Of a stretch of DNA of 64,000 bases, positions 10,686 to 20,885 are shown one piece after another. Numbering within the stretch: position 1 is the first letter of the stretch; each line of letters opens with the position of its first letter. Where the stretch lies: the NCBI GenBank assembly GCA_016188355.1, contig JACPHY010000015.1:1040-65039 (forward strand), read 5' to 3'. The notes beneath the pieces are model-generated. The model ran no database searches, was not told where the DNA came from, and was given only the letters and a program-made list of their open reading frames with translations. The DNA comes from Candidatus Uhrbacteria bacterium. GTDB lineage: Bacteria; Patescibacteriota; Patescibacteriia; JACPHY01. The position numbers and the translations under genes are program-made.

Positions 10686-10722
10686 TTGACGCGCCCACCG
10701 TACCATCGTACGGTGGGCGCGT
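10686..10722 (+). promoter_or_regulatory. sigma70-like promoter embedded in a 15-bp hairpin (rnj terminator)
   Basis: TTGACG-17-TACGGT overlapping ACGCGCCCACCGTAC-catc-GTACGGTGGGCGCGT. Confidence 0.55.
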
Positions 10723-10750
10723 TCATTCCCAACAGAAGGAAGGAAAGCTC

Positions 10751-11326
10751 ATGCTACTCTACGCGGCACTGCTCCTGTCGATCGGCATGCCCGTCGTCGG
10801 GTCATTCGATCCTCCTGAAGATTTCGTTGCGGACTGCGATGCCCATGTGGCGACGTTTCAGGTCACCTACGCAACGCTCGGCGAGAATCATCGTGCGTTC
10901 TGCGTGGTCCGAAAGGACACGCTGCCCAGTCCACCGCTCCGTCACGCATGCGTGCAGCTTCGTATGTCACTCGTGACGCTCAGCCGAGTCCTCGTCGAGG
11001 CTCGACGGGCGATCGTCGCCGCGCGACCGAAAGAGCGCACCCCACTCTCCCCTGATCATGGAGCGGATCCCATCACTCGAGAGCACCACGAGGTCATGCA
11101 TCGTACATTCCAGGATATGCATGCCACCATGCTGGCTGCCATCGAACGTCAACTCGAAGTCGTACGCGCATTCGCGAATCACTTCGGTCGTACACACCCC
11201 GCCATTGATCAGGCAAACGATCGTTTCGCGCACGTCGTACAGCAGCTCACTTCCGGCATCACACGTGCTCGACGCATCAATCTGCATCTCGGACACCCCG
11301 AAGCACCGCCACATACAGAGGAGTAG
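10751..11326 (+). CDS. hypothetical secreted helical protein
   Basis: AAGGAAGGA RBS, hydrophobic N-terminus. Confidence 0.65.
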   Translation: MLLYAALLLSIGMPVVGSFDPPEDFVADCDAHVATFQVTYATLGENHRAFCVVRKDTLPSPPLRHACVQLRMSLVTLSRVLVEARRAIVAARPKERTPLSPDHGADPITREHHEVMHRTFQDMHATMLAAIERQLEVVRAFANHFGRTHPAIDQANDRFAHVVQQLTSGITRARRINLHLGHPEAPPHTEE

Positions 11327-11335
11327 AGAACACGC

Positions 11336-12088
11336 ATGATGTACCGGCAGATCATTACGCTGCTCATCCTATTGCTCGGCATCAGCGCACTGCCATTGAC
11401 TGCGCATGCGCACGATGAAGCGCCTTGGCGTGGTCCACGGTTTTCCGTAGAAACGCGCACGCATGCCGGCAAATCATTCCGCATCTTCCATGGCGGCGCG
11501 ATGGACTTCACGACGACGCGCCCGCAGCACACCAATACACGCGTCCTCCTCATGGTGGCGGGAACCTACACCAGCCCACAGAACACCGCGGAAGGACACA
11601 TCATTGATCACGGTACTGCGCAACATCGCACCTGTGATCTCAGCTGTCGGAACTGGAACGCAGTGGCGATCATCGAATCCGGGTACGTGCGCATCATGCG
11701 TCAAGACGCCGAAGCGCTCGAACGATCGCGTCTCCTCACCGAAGTCATTCGATCTCGAGGATCGCTCATCCAAGGACACCTCCTCGTGGAGCATGGCGTC
11801 CCGATCCGTGGATACGCTCGTGGCCGACCGTACCATCGTCGCGCGCTCGCTACCATGGACGATCGCCTCCGCATCGGCGACATCATCGAGAGCGCTCAGC
11901 CGCACACGAGCCTCTCCGATTTCGCCAAGCACCTCGCCGCGCTCGGGTACCGCAATGCGATCAACCTCGACATGGGCGCGTGGGATGAGGGTTGGTATCG
12001 CGATCCGAACACCGGAACCATCCATCCGATTGGCCAGATACGCACGGCAACCAACCGCCAGACAAACTGGATCATCATCCGGAAATAA
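11336..12088 (+). CDS. secreted phosphodiester glycosidase (NAGPA)-like protein
   Basis: Signal peptide AHA; GSLIQGHLLV, RRALA, AINLDMG resemble the NAGPA ..NLDGG motif. Confidence 0.6.
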   Translation: MMYRQIITLLILLLGISALPLTAHAHDEAPWRGPRFSVETRTHAGKSFRIFHGGAMDFTTTRPQHTNTRVLLMVAGTYTSPQNTAEGHIIDHGTAQHRTCDLSCRNWNAVAIIESGYVRIMRQDAEALERSRLLTEVIRSRGSLIQGHLLVEHGVPIRGYARGRPYHRRALATMDDRLRIGDIIESAQPHTSLSDFAKHLAALGYRNAINLDMGAWDEGWYRDPNTGTIHPIGQIRTATNRQTNWIIIRK

Positions 12089-12221
12089 TCATTCCCGAAC
12101 AGGCGATCTGTAGCACGTGCCGCATCAACGGCGCATGGGGGTCGATTCCGAATTCGTTCGAAGGGTATCCGCAGTAATCACCACACCGAAGCCTCCGATC
12201 TCCCATAACCGCACCCACACA

Positions 12222-12248
12222 ACCCCCGCACCATTTCGGTGCGGGGGT
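12222..12248. terminator. hairpin between convergent genes
   Basis: ACCCCCGCACC-atttc-GGTGCGGGGGT. Confidence 0.65.
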
Positions 12249-12276
12249 CACTCTCTGCCTCCTCATCACACGATCA

Positions 12277-12720
12277 TCATGGAGCATGAGCTCGCATCGG
12301 CTCGGGCGGTGTGACGGGAATGAGTTGCGCCGACCATTGAATGCCGGGTGGTCCCTCTTGGTGCAGTATGCTCTCCGAGCGCATCTCCTGATTGAGTACC
12401 GGGAGATAGCTCGGCACCGCACTCGACGGATTACCCGGAAGATAGTCCAAAGCACCCCCCAAGCGAATCGTCGATGACACGGGCGCGGACACAGGTGGAA
12501 ACGAGAACTCAAAAACGTTTGCAGTGACTCCCGAATCGGAACCATCAGGCATCACTACGACGGGCGATGACGGCAATAATCCTTCATCCGGTAAAATCCG
12601 CACCCCACGCGACTCATCCACAAAACTCGAGAGCGACTTCGCCGCGATCACGGTCGCAGAGGTCGCAAAGAGCACCACCCCCACCACGAGCGCCATCTCC
12701 TTCCCGTACGGAAGTTGCAT
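12277..12720 (-). CDS. hypothetical membrane-anchored protein
   Basis: N-terminal TM; ends before hairpin. Confidence 0.55.
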   Translation of the reverse strand: MQLPYGKEMALVVGVVLFATSATVIAAKSLSSFVDESRGVRILPDEGLLPSSPVVVMPDGSDSGVTANVFEFSFPPVSAPVSSTIRLGGALDYLPGNPSSAVPSYLPVLNQEMRSESILHQEGPPGIQWSAQLIPVTPPEPMRAHAP

Positions 12721-12919
12721 AGATGCGCAAGAAAAGTGAGCCGCCCACCATTGAGCGTAGCCCTATGGAATCAGTATATCACGAATATTGGCCAAAAAGT
12801 GCTCTGTCCGTTTCGTAACATTCACCAAACAACACACCAGGCGTTCTGCGCATATTCCAGCCGCCCGAATAATGCATGGGAGGAGACCGTGCAAGGTGTA
12901 TTGTTACGTTTCAAGGGCA

Positions 12920-12948
12920 TTGACTCAACGTGCTGCACGTGCTATGGT
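12920..12948 (+). promoter_or_regulatory. sigma70-like promoter
   Basis: TTGACT-17-TATGGT. Confidence 0.6.
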
Positions 12949-12981
12949 TCGCGCAGTTCACTCGAAAGGAGCCCCTTACCA

Positions 12982-13902
12982 ATGGACACCACGAAGCCAA
13001 TTTCGCATTGGCGCCACACCTGGAACGAACTCCGCGTGAAGGGCGAAATGATCATCGGGTCCATTCCCGCTGCGATCGCCGTAATCACCGATCCGCCACG
13101 GGCGCGAGGCATCCAGCTCCAGCTCAAGAACATCGAACGCTGGGAGGCCACTCCGAGCACCAAACAAGCAGACGGTCGCCACACGCTCGTCGTCTTCAAC
13201 TGCACGGCATGGCAGCCGGAACGCAAGCATCACTACGTCGATGGCGACGGCGAGCTCCGCGAAAGCCGCATTGAAGGGCACCGGTACGATTGCCGTATCG
13301 CGATCAATGTCGCCCGCGAGCGCATCGATCGCGGCCTCTATACGAGCGGTCACCTCTTTCACGAGGAGCACCAGGGCTCGGGCATGATCGGCGTCATGCT
13401 CTTCGCCGCGCCAGTGCTCCTCCTCAGCACGCCGATCCTGTATCCGATCTGCAAATACCGCGCATGGCAGGAGCGACGCGATGGCATGTCCCGTCACGGC
13501 CGCGCCATCCTCGATGCGCTCGCCCCCGATCTCACGCCCGACGACACCGCGCTCCTCGCGCGGGCGCTCCGGAACACCTGGTCACAAGATCAAGCAATGG
13601 AGCGCACCGTCACGTTCGTCGAGGCACAGCAACTGCTCCAGCAATGCACGCTCCGTCGCACCGAGTTCGCTCCACACAAATTCGATGGCTCAATCACCGG
13701 CGCGGCATGGTTCGATGGCCACGGCGACTGCGTGGCGCGCGACACCCGTAACGCGCGCGCGACGAGCGAGCAGTTCTCCATCCGCGTCCTCGGCACCGAG
13801 TTCACCGGTGGCCAAGCCCGGATGCTCCTCGAATGCTACCGAACCCAGACCGTACGCCATCTCGGGAACGATGCAGAAGCTGAGGATGATGACATCCCAT
13901 AA
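12982..13902 (+). CDS. hypothetical protein with central TM helix
   Basis: AAGGAG RBS, upstream promoter, downstream hairpin at about 13916-13947. Confidence 0.75.
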   Translation: MDTTKPISHWRHTWNELRVKGEMIIGSIPAAIAVITDPPRARGIQLQLKNIERWEATPSTKQADGRHTLVVFNCTAWQPERKHHYVDGDGELRESRIEGHRYDCRIAINVARERIDRGLYTSGHLFHEEHQGSGMIGVMLFAAPVLLLSTPILYPICKYRAWQERRDGMSRHGRAILDALAPDLTPDDTALLARALRNTWSQDQAMERTVTFVEAQQLLQQCTLRRTEFAPHKFDGSITGAAWFDGHGDCVARDTRNARATSEQFSIRVLGTEFTGGQARMLLECYRTQTVRHLGNDAEAEDDDIP

Positions 13903-14010
13903 GGATGCTACACCACGGCGCTCGCCCACTCTGGGCAGCGCCGTTTTCATTGTTTGGTTCCAGAGAACTAGCAGATGCCTCATTCTCCACTTACCATAGG
14001 GGAAGCACCT

Positions 14011-15009
14011 ATGATCATCCTCTCTGGCATCCAACCCTCAGGCAGGCTCCACATTGGCAATTACCTTGGCGCGGTCCGCAACTGGCTCACGCTCCAGGAA
14101 GATGCGGCAAACGCCTGCCGATTCTTTCTCGCGGATTGGCATTCGCTCACGGAAGCGTTCGATCCCACCACGAAAGCCGCACAGGTACGGGAGCTCGCAG
14201 TAGAGCTGCTTGCGCTCGGAGTGGATCCGGAACGCGTCGTCTTCTTCCGGCAATCGGATATCCATGAGCACCTGGAACTCGCATGGTATCTCACGTGCGT
14301 GACGCCCGTCGGTGAGCTGGAGCGCATGACGCAGTTCAAGGACAAAACCGCACACGGGGAATCCCCCAGCGTCGGCCTCTTCACGTACCCCGTCCTCATG
14401 GCGGCGGATGTTCTCATGTACCGCACGAATGCCGCGGAACCCGTCCATGTGCCGGTGGGCCATGACCAAGTGCAGCACCTCGAACTCACGAATGATCTCG
14501 CACGACGATTCAACAATCGATTCGGGGCGACGTTCCCGGAAGTGCAGCCGCTCCTCACGAGCACCGCACGCGTCATGAGCCTCAAGGATCCCACCCGGAA
14601 AATGTCAAAGTCCCATGGCCCGGATCACTGCTTGTTCCTCAATGATGCGCCGGAGGAGGTGGAGCGCAAGTTGCGGAGCGCGGTGACCGATGTGGGATCG
14701 CCCACATCTCCCGGGGACATGTCCCCAGGCGTTGCCACGCTCTTCTCGATCCTCGAGGCATTCGGTACGCCGGACGAGATGGCGCACTTCCGCGCACAGC
14801 ACGCGAACGGCACGATCAAGTACAGCGAACTCAAACCTGCAGTCGCCCGCGCATTTGCTGAGTATTTCGGCGCGTTCCGCGAGAGCAAGCGAGCGCTCCT
14901 CGCCGATCCCGCCCGCGTCGATGCCATCCTCGCGCAGGGAGCCGAGCGCGCGCACACGCTCGTGGCATCAACGATGCAGGCAGTGCGCACCCGCGTCGGC
15001 ATCCGGTAG
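14011..15009 (+). CDS. trpS: tryptophan--tRNA ligase
   Basis: SGIQPSGRLHIGNYLGA, YPVLMAAD, VPVGHDQVQHLE, KMSKS. Confidence 0.97.
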   Translation: MIILSGIQPSGRLHIGNYLGAVRNWLTLQEDAANACRFFLADWHSLTEAFDPTTKAAQVRELAVELLALGVDPERVVFFRQSDIHEHLELAWYLTCVTPVGELERMTQFKDKTAHGESPSVGLFTYPVLMAADVLMYRTNAAEPVHVPVGHDQVQHLELTNDLARRFNNRFGATFPEVQPLLTSTARVMSLKDPTRKMSKSHGPDHCLFLNDAPEEVERKLRSAVTDVGSPTSPGDMSPGVATLFSILEAFGTPDEMAHFRAQHANGTIKYSELKPAVARAFAEYFGAFRESKRALLADPARVDAILAQGAERAHTLVASTMQAVRTRVGIR

Positions 15010-15058
15010 CGTGCTCCACACCGCATCCGTGCCCCTCCCCCGGAGGGGCACGTTTCGT

Positions 15059-15087
15059 TTGACGAGCAGATATGACCGAGCTACCTT
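15059..15087 (+). promoter_or_regulatory. promoter for leaderless transcript
   Basis: TTGACG-17-TACCTT, 6 nt before GTG 15094. Confidence 0.6.
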
Positions 15088-15093
15088 TAGGCC

Positions 15094-15681
15094 GTGTCCC
15101 AAACCAATCGCACCTGGCCGCCACCCCCGCCAACACTCCCCCGAACGCCCATTCACATCCGTGGTGATCAACTCCGCCTCTACCTCGATCTCCTCGCCGC
15201 CATTCGCAGTCCGATCTGGCATGGCCCCAATCCGCCAGAAGTTGTGTTCGGTTTTTCCCGATCGCGCACATACCATGCCCTCGAGCAGTGCGGCTGGACC
15301 GCAGACGTCTGGCGACGCATCGCCGCCTATGAGGCAGCGCCGACATGCACGCAAGAGGATACGATCGACCCGAGCGCTCCGTACCGGCTACTCCCCTGGG
15401 CACGCCAATGCATCGGCGCCATTCCAAACGAACAGCTCCGCGCAATCGCTGTGGACGTGCCGCCACTCTGCGGAGATCAGTTGCTCACCGTACTGCATGA
15501 AGCTATCGGTCTCCAGTACCAAACCACCGGACGGATCAATAGCAATCACGCACGGATGCATGCCGGACGAGCCGCAGAGGCCACCATCGCACTTTTCGCC
15601 GCACATGAGCATGTGCTCCGCGCTATCGCAGCGGGCGAACTCACCGAGGACATGATTCGCGTCACCGAACCCATCCCGTAA
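15094..15681 (+). CDS. hypothetical protein
   Basis: Open frame between promoter and hairpin 15729-15756; contains TVLHEAIG (HExxG). Confidence 0.65.
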   Translation: MSQTNRTWPPPPPTLPRTPIHIRGDQLRLYLDLLAAIRSPIWHGPNPPEVVFGFSRSRTYHALEQCGWTADVWRRIAAYEAAPTCTQEDTIDPSAPYRLLPWARQCIGAIPNEQLRAIAVDVPPLCGDQLLTVLHEAIGLQYQTTGRINSNHARMHAGRAAEATIALFAAHEHVLRAIAAGELTEDMIRVTEPIP

Positions 15682-15766
15682 CACGACGTTCCGATAGGTA
15701 CTCCGTACGAGCAGCGCCCGCAAAGGACAACGACCGACCATCATGGGTCGGTCGTTTTGCTTCACC

Positions 15767-16093
15767 TCATTCTTGATGCGCGAGGGACGCATGGGCATCC
15801 GCATCCACCTCGAACCCAATGAGTCCATAGAGACGCGCCAGCCGCTGATGCAGCTCGCGGCGTATCCCGACTGGCAGCTCGGTCAACGTGAGCGCAATCC
15901 GATACACGGTGATCGCGTGATGCCATTCGCCCGATTCCGTTAACGTGCTCGCGAAAGCAGCGTAACGAGCATATGCGCGATCCCCTTCACCTTGTCGCGC
16001 GAGTCGATTCGCCTCCAGGAGCTGCTGCTGGTATTGGGTCGGTTGATCCCGCGTCAGCCGCTCACGTACTGCTAACTGGTCCACGATGCGCAT
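15767..16093 (-). CDS. hypothetical TPR-like helical protein (start uncertain)
   Basis: GEWHHAITVYRIAL...LARLYGLIG pattern. Confidence 0.55.
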   Translation of the reverse strand: MRIVDQLAVRERLTRDQPTQYQQQLLEANRLARQGEGDRAYARYAAFASTLTESGEWHHAITVYRIALTLTELPVGIRRELHQRLARLYGLIGFEVDADAHASLAHQE

Positions 16094-16294
16094 CCTCCCG
16101 CAACACATATCGCGACACTGGCACCACCGTAAACCACTCTCCCGCTCCCGCCAAGCCCCATCCGTCTGGGCCGCATCGTTTTTGTCGATACACATCGGCA
16201 TCACTGCCCGCCGCGTGCCGAAACTCCTGCGCGCGAAGACAGGATCATGGAAACATGACAGGTGGCTGTCCGAACTGGGCAGCCGCTTTTGCGA

Positions 16295-17302
16295 TTACAA
16301 ATTCTGTGGACCAAAGTCGAACGGAAGGAGTGCACCGAGCGTCGTGCGCTCGAGCGCCCAGAGGTCGCCGTTTGCACGGAGCTTCGCACCGAGGATCTCC
16401 GTCTCTGGGTTCCCGAACTCCCGGATCCACTGACGACAGATGCCGCACGGGAGCGCGTGCTGATGCTCCCCCTCGGCCACCAACGCGACCGCAATGGCCT
16501 GGATCGGCCACACGCTCGGCGGCTCCGTGCAAGGATACTCATTCACCATTCGCACGATCGCCGCCTGCTCCGCGTGAATGCCAGCGTACACGGAATTCTC
16601 CACGTTCGTACCAACAATCGGTGCGCTCGTCGGCTCACGGGTGAGCGCGGCGCCAACCTGAAATTTCGAGTACGGTGCATGGCCGAACCGCCGCACATTC
16701 ATCGCCGCGTCGAGCAAGACGCGAAGCTCAACATCCCGAACGAGTTCATTGGTCAGCGCATCTCCGGTGTACACCTGGAGACCGAAAGAGTCCCCCCGGC
16801 ATCCCGCAGCAGGCGGTAACCGTGTCATCGACGCGCAGAACAACGCTCCCGACGTCGTCTTCTCCACCTGCCACACCGTCGCCAACGGATCCGACCGTAG
16901 CATGATCCCGAGTACCGGGGTTGTGGCATCCGTATACCTCCGCAACCATTTGCAGCAATCGGCACACGGCAGTGCACTATCCCCCGAGTTCGGTGCCAGC
17001 GCCATGGTGATCACGGCGTGGATCGGCCGCTCATCCCCAGGCGCATGCGATGCACGCGCATCGCGCTGTACGACGGCATGCGATATTGCATGTACGACAC
17101 GATGCGCTGGTGGTGCCGCATACCCCACGAAATAATCCACGCCATCCCAGAGCACCGCGCTCATCATCTGCGGATTCGCGACCACCATTCGATCTAATGG
17201 CTGACGCGCGAGCCGAATCATCTCCACGAGCGTCGGCATCGGGATACCGCACTGCGCGAGATCCTCTGCCTCGTGATCCTTTCGAATACAAATGAGCTCC
17301 AT
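16295..17302 (-). CDS. cdd: cytidine deaminase with tandem deaminase domains
   Basis: C-domain HAPYSKFQVGAAL, GTNVEN, HAE, PCGICRQ; N-domain HAI...PCADC. Confidence 0.85.
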   Translation of the reverse strand: MELICIRKDHEAEDLAQCGIPMPTLVEMIRLARQPLDRMVVANPQMMSAVLWDGVDYFVGYAAPPAHRVVHAISHAVVQRDARASHAPGDERPIHAVITMALAPNSGDSALPCADCCKWLRRYTDATTPVLGIMLRSDPLATVWQVEKTTSGALFCASMTRLPPAAGCRGDSFGLQVYTGDALTNELVRDVELRVLLDAAMNVRRFGHAPYSKFQVGAALTREPTSAPIVGTNVENSVYAGIHAEQAAIVRMVNEYPCTEPPSVWPIQAIAVALVAEGEHQHALPCGICRQWIREFGNPETEILGAKLRANGDLWALERTTLGALLPFDFGPQNL

Positions 17303-17449
17303 GCGTACTCCTCTGCCGAAACCATCGGCGATGGTAGCGTACCTCGCGCGATGACATGCATCAAGATCCCCCTCAAAATCCCCAGGCGCGCAACAAGAGA
17401 CGCGACAGCTGTTCGGTTTTTGTTCGCTTTTATGCTACCCTATCGATGT

Positions 17450-18661
17450 ATGGACATACCACTCGCGGAGCGCATGCGGCCGATCACACTCGCGGAATTT
17501 GTTGGCCAAGAAAAACTCATTGGGCCGAAGGCATTCCTCCGCAAGGCGATTGCGGAGGATCGCGTGCCGTCCATGATTCTCTGGGGGCCGCCCGGGAGCG
17601 GCAAAACGACGCTCGCGCGGATCATTGCGCACGAAACACGTGCAGAGTTCGTCGCGCTTTCGGCAACGGGGAGCGGGATCAAGGAGCTCCGGGAAATCTT
17701 CACGCGCGCCGAACAACTCCATCGTCTCGGGGGTAAGACGATGCTTTTTATTGATGAAATACACCGATGGAACAAGGCACAGCAGGACGCGCTCCTGCCA
17801 CAGGTGGAGTCCGGCATCGTCACGCTCATTGGTGCGACCACGGAGAATCCAAGCTTCGAGGTGAACTCGGCGCTCATTTCTCGTGCGCGCGTGTTCGTAC
17901 TTGATCGCTTGGAGGCAACGGATATTGCCGCGCTCCTCCGCCGCGCGCTTGCGGATGCGGAGCACGGGCTCGGCGCAACACCCATCAAGGTCCCCGAGGA
18001 CGTCATCGCCTTCATTGCGGCCATGGCGAACGGCGATGCACGGATGGCACTGAACACCCTCGAAGCGGCAGCGGCCGTGGGGAAACGCGTGACCATCGCC
18101 CTCGTGAAAGACGTGCTCCAAAAATCCCACCTCCTCTACGACAAAACCGGCGAGGAACATTACAACGTCATTTCCGCGCTCCACAAATCCATGCGCGGGG
18201 GAGATGCGAATGCGGCGGTGTACTGGCTCGCACGCATGCTCGAGGGTGGCGAAGATCCTCTCTACGTTGCCCGACGGCTCGTCCGATTCGCTTCCGAGGA
18301 CATCGGCCTCGCGAATAACACCGCGCTCGTGCTCGCGAATGCGGTATTCGACGCGTGCCACAAGCTTGGCATGCCGGAATGCAGCGTCCACCTCGCACAC
18401 GGTGTCATCTACCTCGCGAAATCACCGAAAGACGTTCGCGCATATTTTGCATACACCCGTGCGAAACAGGACGTCGAGGAACACGGCAATCTCCCCGTAC
18501 CCCTCCACATCCGCAATGCGCCCACAAAACTCATGAAAGAACTCGGCTACAGCAAGGAATACCGATACCCGCCCACCGAGGAGAGTGCCGATCAAACATA
18601 CTTGCCGCCGGAATTGGAGGGGAGGAAATATGTGGAGAACGAAGAGCGACCGCGAACGTAG
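17450..18661 (+). CDS. rarA: replication-associated recombination protein A (MgsA)
   Basis: PLAERMRP, GPPGSGKTT, FIDEIHR, GATTENPSF, ISALHKSMRG, VPLHIRNAPT. Confidence 0.96.
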   Translation: MDIPLAERMRPITLAEFVGQEKLIGPKAFLRKAIAEDRVPSMILWGPPGSGKTTLARIIAHETRAEFVALSATGSGIKELREIFTRAEQLHRLGGKTMLFIDEIHRWNKAQQDALLPQVESGIVTLIGATTENPSFEVNSALISRARVFVLDRLEATDIAALLRRALADAEHGLGATPIKVPEDVIAFIAAMANGDARMALNTLEAAAAVGKRVTIALVKDVLQKSHLLYDKTGEEHYNVISALHKSMRGGDANAAVYWLARMLEGGEDPLYVARRLVRFASEDIGLANNTALVLANAVFDACHKLGMPECSVHLAHGVIYLAKSPKDVRAYFAYTRAKQDVEEHGNLPVPLHIRNAPTKLMKELGYSKEYRYPPTEESADQTYLPPELEGRKYVENEERPRT

Positions 18662-18705
18662 TCGAGAGATTTCACTCTACGGCATGCACCATCATGCGCT
18701 CATGT

Positions 18706-18732
18706 GAGATCCTTCGCTTCGCTCAGGATGGC
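18706..18732. repeat. REP-like half element
   Basis: GAGATCCTTCGCTTCGCTCAGGATGGC resembles the right arm of GTCATCCTGAGCGAAGCGAAGGATCT-type repeats; degenerate left arm at rarA end. Confidence 0.55.
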
Positions 18733-18790
18733 GCCAAAAAACAGACATCGTCACGATGGGGAAGATCACTCGACAGGAACGACCAACCAC

Positions 18791-18819
18791 TTGACCGCGC
18801 CCCATTTCCGCCGTACACT
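18791..18819 (+). promoter_or_regulatory. rnpB promoter
   Basis: TTGACC-17-TACACT, 6 nt before P1 start. Confidence 0.8.
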
Positions 18820-18825
18820 CCAATC

Positions 18826-19313
18826 GCTGCGGGTGTCCGGGTGATCGCCCTATCGCAAGATAGGGAGGAAAGTCCGAGCACTTTCGACTCGGAAGAGTCG
18901 TGACATGAGGTAGTCGTTAACGACGACGGGGAGCGACGAGATTGGAGAACGCGCTAGCGCCTTCAATGTCGCCAAGCCCACGGAAGTCCGCCGGTGCAGG
19001 CGGACGTGCGTCTCCGGGCAACCGGAGGGATCCCGCGTGCGGGGCATCGGACTTCGCACGTGACGACCGCAACAGAAAAAATACCGCCAAGGCTCCGATC
19101 CTGAACGCCTTGGTAAGGGTGAAATGGTGGAGTAAGCGCCCACCGGCGCCGCGGTGACGCGGCGAGCATGGCAAACACCTACCCAGTGCAAGGGGAGTAC
19201 CCCCGCTTGAGCCATGCAGTAATGCATGGCCCAGAGAGATGATCACCACCCGCGGAGGACGCGCAAGCGCTCTCCCGCGTGGGACAGAACTCGGCTTACA
19301 CGACACCCGCAGC
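18826..19313 (+). ncRNA. rnpB: RNase P RNA
   Basis: P1 GCTGCGGGTGTC/GACACCCGCAGC; GAGGAAAGTCCGAG; GCAACAGAAA..ACCGCC; GGGTGAAA; ACAGAACTCGGCTTAC. Confidence 0.96.
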
Positions 19314-19349
19314 ATACGAAACCCCGGAATATCTCCGGGGTTTCGTATG
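19313..19349 (+). terminator. rnpB terminator hairpin
   Basis: CATACGAAACCCCGGA-atatc-TCCGGGGTTTCGTATG. Confidence 0.85.
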
Positions 19350-19431
19350 CATGACTTCTCTGCATTCGCTCTCTCCAGCCATTGCCATTTCCCTTCCACA
19401 TGATACGGTACGATGTCGGTAGCAGTACCCT

Positions 19432-20817
19432 ATGACCCGCGCCGAACGAACGGTGGCCGCGCTCCTCGTGCCTCTCGATTACGCCGCGCTTCTGGCTGCG
19501 GCGGCGATGGCGTATGGGGTACGGTATACGAATCTCGCGACCCGCTGGCCCACGACCACGCTGCTCTCGTTTCCTGAATACGTGGGACGCGTGTCGATCA
19601 TCGCCCTGGGCTGGATCGCCATCTTCGCGCTTGCCGGCTGTTACGCCGCTGGCGCGCGGCGCCGTTGGACCACGGAATTCGGACGCATCGTACTCGCATC
19701 CACGGCAGGATTCGGACTCGTGCTCGCAGTGATCGTGTTCTCACGAGAGCTTTTCGCTTCCCGATTCATCGTGCTCACGAGTTGGCCGCTCGCGATTGCG
19801 GCCGTCGGCATGCTCCGCCTGCTCGTCCGCGCGATGGAACGTATCTGCTTCCTACATGGGATCGGCGCGCATCGCATCGTCCTCATCGGCACGGGACGAT
19901 CCGCCGATGCGCTCGCCAACGCACTCACCCAACGCCCGAGCCTCGGCTACCGCATCGTGCATCGCACGCCCATCCTCGACGACGCCGCGATCGCCATGAT
20001 CACGGCACACTGGCAGCGCGGAACCATCGACGGCGTCATCGACGCCACCACGCCGCCCCACCCGGAGCACATCCGCCAGCTCCTCGACCTCGGAAAAATG
20101 CACCACATCCCGGTCCGCTACTCCGCGGACTTCCTCGCCACCCACGCGCCGCGCATCACCATCGAGACCTTTGCTGGCGTTCCATTGGTCGAGGTCCATC
20201 GCACACGCCTCCTCGGGTGGGGGCGCATCTTCAAACGCGTCGCCGATTGCATCATCGCGGGCATTGCGCTCCTCCTCCTGAGTCCGCTCCTCTTTGCGAT
20301 CGCGATCGCCATTCGTCTCGATTCGCGCGGTCCCATCTTCTTCCGGCAGCAACGCATCGGGGAAGCGGGTCGACCGTTCTTATTTCTCAAATTCCGCTCG
20401 ATGACCGATGGTGCACATGCACAGTGGGCATCACTCCGTACCCAATCGGATCGCTCCGGCATTATTCCGAAGATCAAGCATGATCCCCGCGTGACGCGCG
20501 TGGGTCGGTTCCTGCGCCGCTGGAGCCTCGACGAGCTTCCCCAACTCCTCAACGTGCTCGGCGGTACCATGTCGCTCGTCGGTCCGCGCCCCCATCTCCC
20601 CGAGGAAGTCGCGCAATATGCGACGCATCACCGCATGGTACTCGCCGTTCCCCCCGGCATCACCGGCCTCGCACAGGTCTCCGGCCGCGCGGATCTCGAT
20701 TTTGAAGAAGAGGTGCAGCTCGACACGTACTACGTCGAACATTGGTCCCCCGCCCTCGATCTCGTCATCTGCATTCGAACGCCATTCGCGGTCATACGGA
20801 CACGGGGAGCGTATTGA
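19432..20817 (+). CDS. polyprenyl glycosylphosphotransferase (WcaJ/WbaP-like priming sugar transferase)
   Basis: Four N-terminal TMs; KRVAD, FLKFRSM, DPRVTRVGRFLRRWSLDELPQL, MSLVGPRP, PGITGLAQV. Confidence 0.95.
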   Translation: MTRAERTVAALLVPLDYAALLAAAAMAYGVRYTNLATRWPTTTLLSFPEYVGRVSIIALGWIAIFALAGCYAAGARRRWTTEFGRIVLASTAGFGLVLAVIVFSRELFASRFIVLTSWPLAIAAVGMLRLLVRAMERICFLHGIGAHRIVLIGTGRSADALANALTQRPSLGYRIVHRTPILDDAAIAMITAHWQRGTIDGVIDATTPPHPEHIRQLLDLGKMHHIPVRYSADFLATHAPRITIETFAGVPLVEVHRTRLLGWGRIFKRVADCIIAGIALLLLSPLLFAIAIAIRLDSRGPIFFRQQRIGEAGRPFLFLKFRSMTDGAHAQWASLRTQSDRSGIIPKIKHDPRVTRVGRFLRRWSLDELPQLLNVLGGTMSLVGPRPHLPEEVAQYATHHRMVLAVPPGITGLAQVSGRADLDFEEEVQLDTYYVEHWSPALDLVICIRTPFAVIRTRGAY

Positions 20818-20885
20818 CGCATCCCTCACGATGCGCTACGTTGTCGCCAGCAGACATCATTCCCAATCTATCCCCCGGAGGGGCC

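Noticed and set aside
12136..12170. GGGGGTCGATTCCGAATTCG resembling a tmRNA 5' end
   Set aside because: No matching T-arm/CCA 3' end or tag frame at a suitable distance
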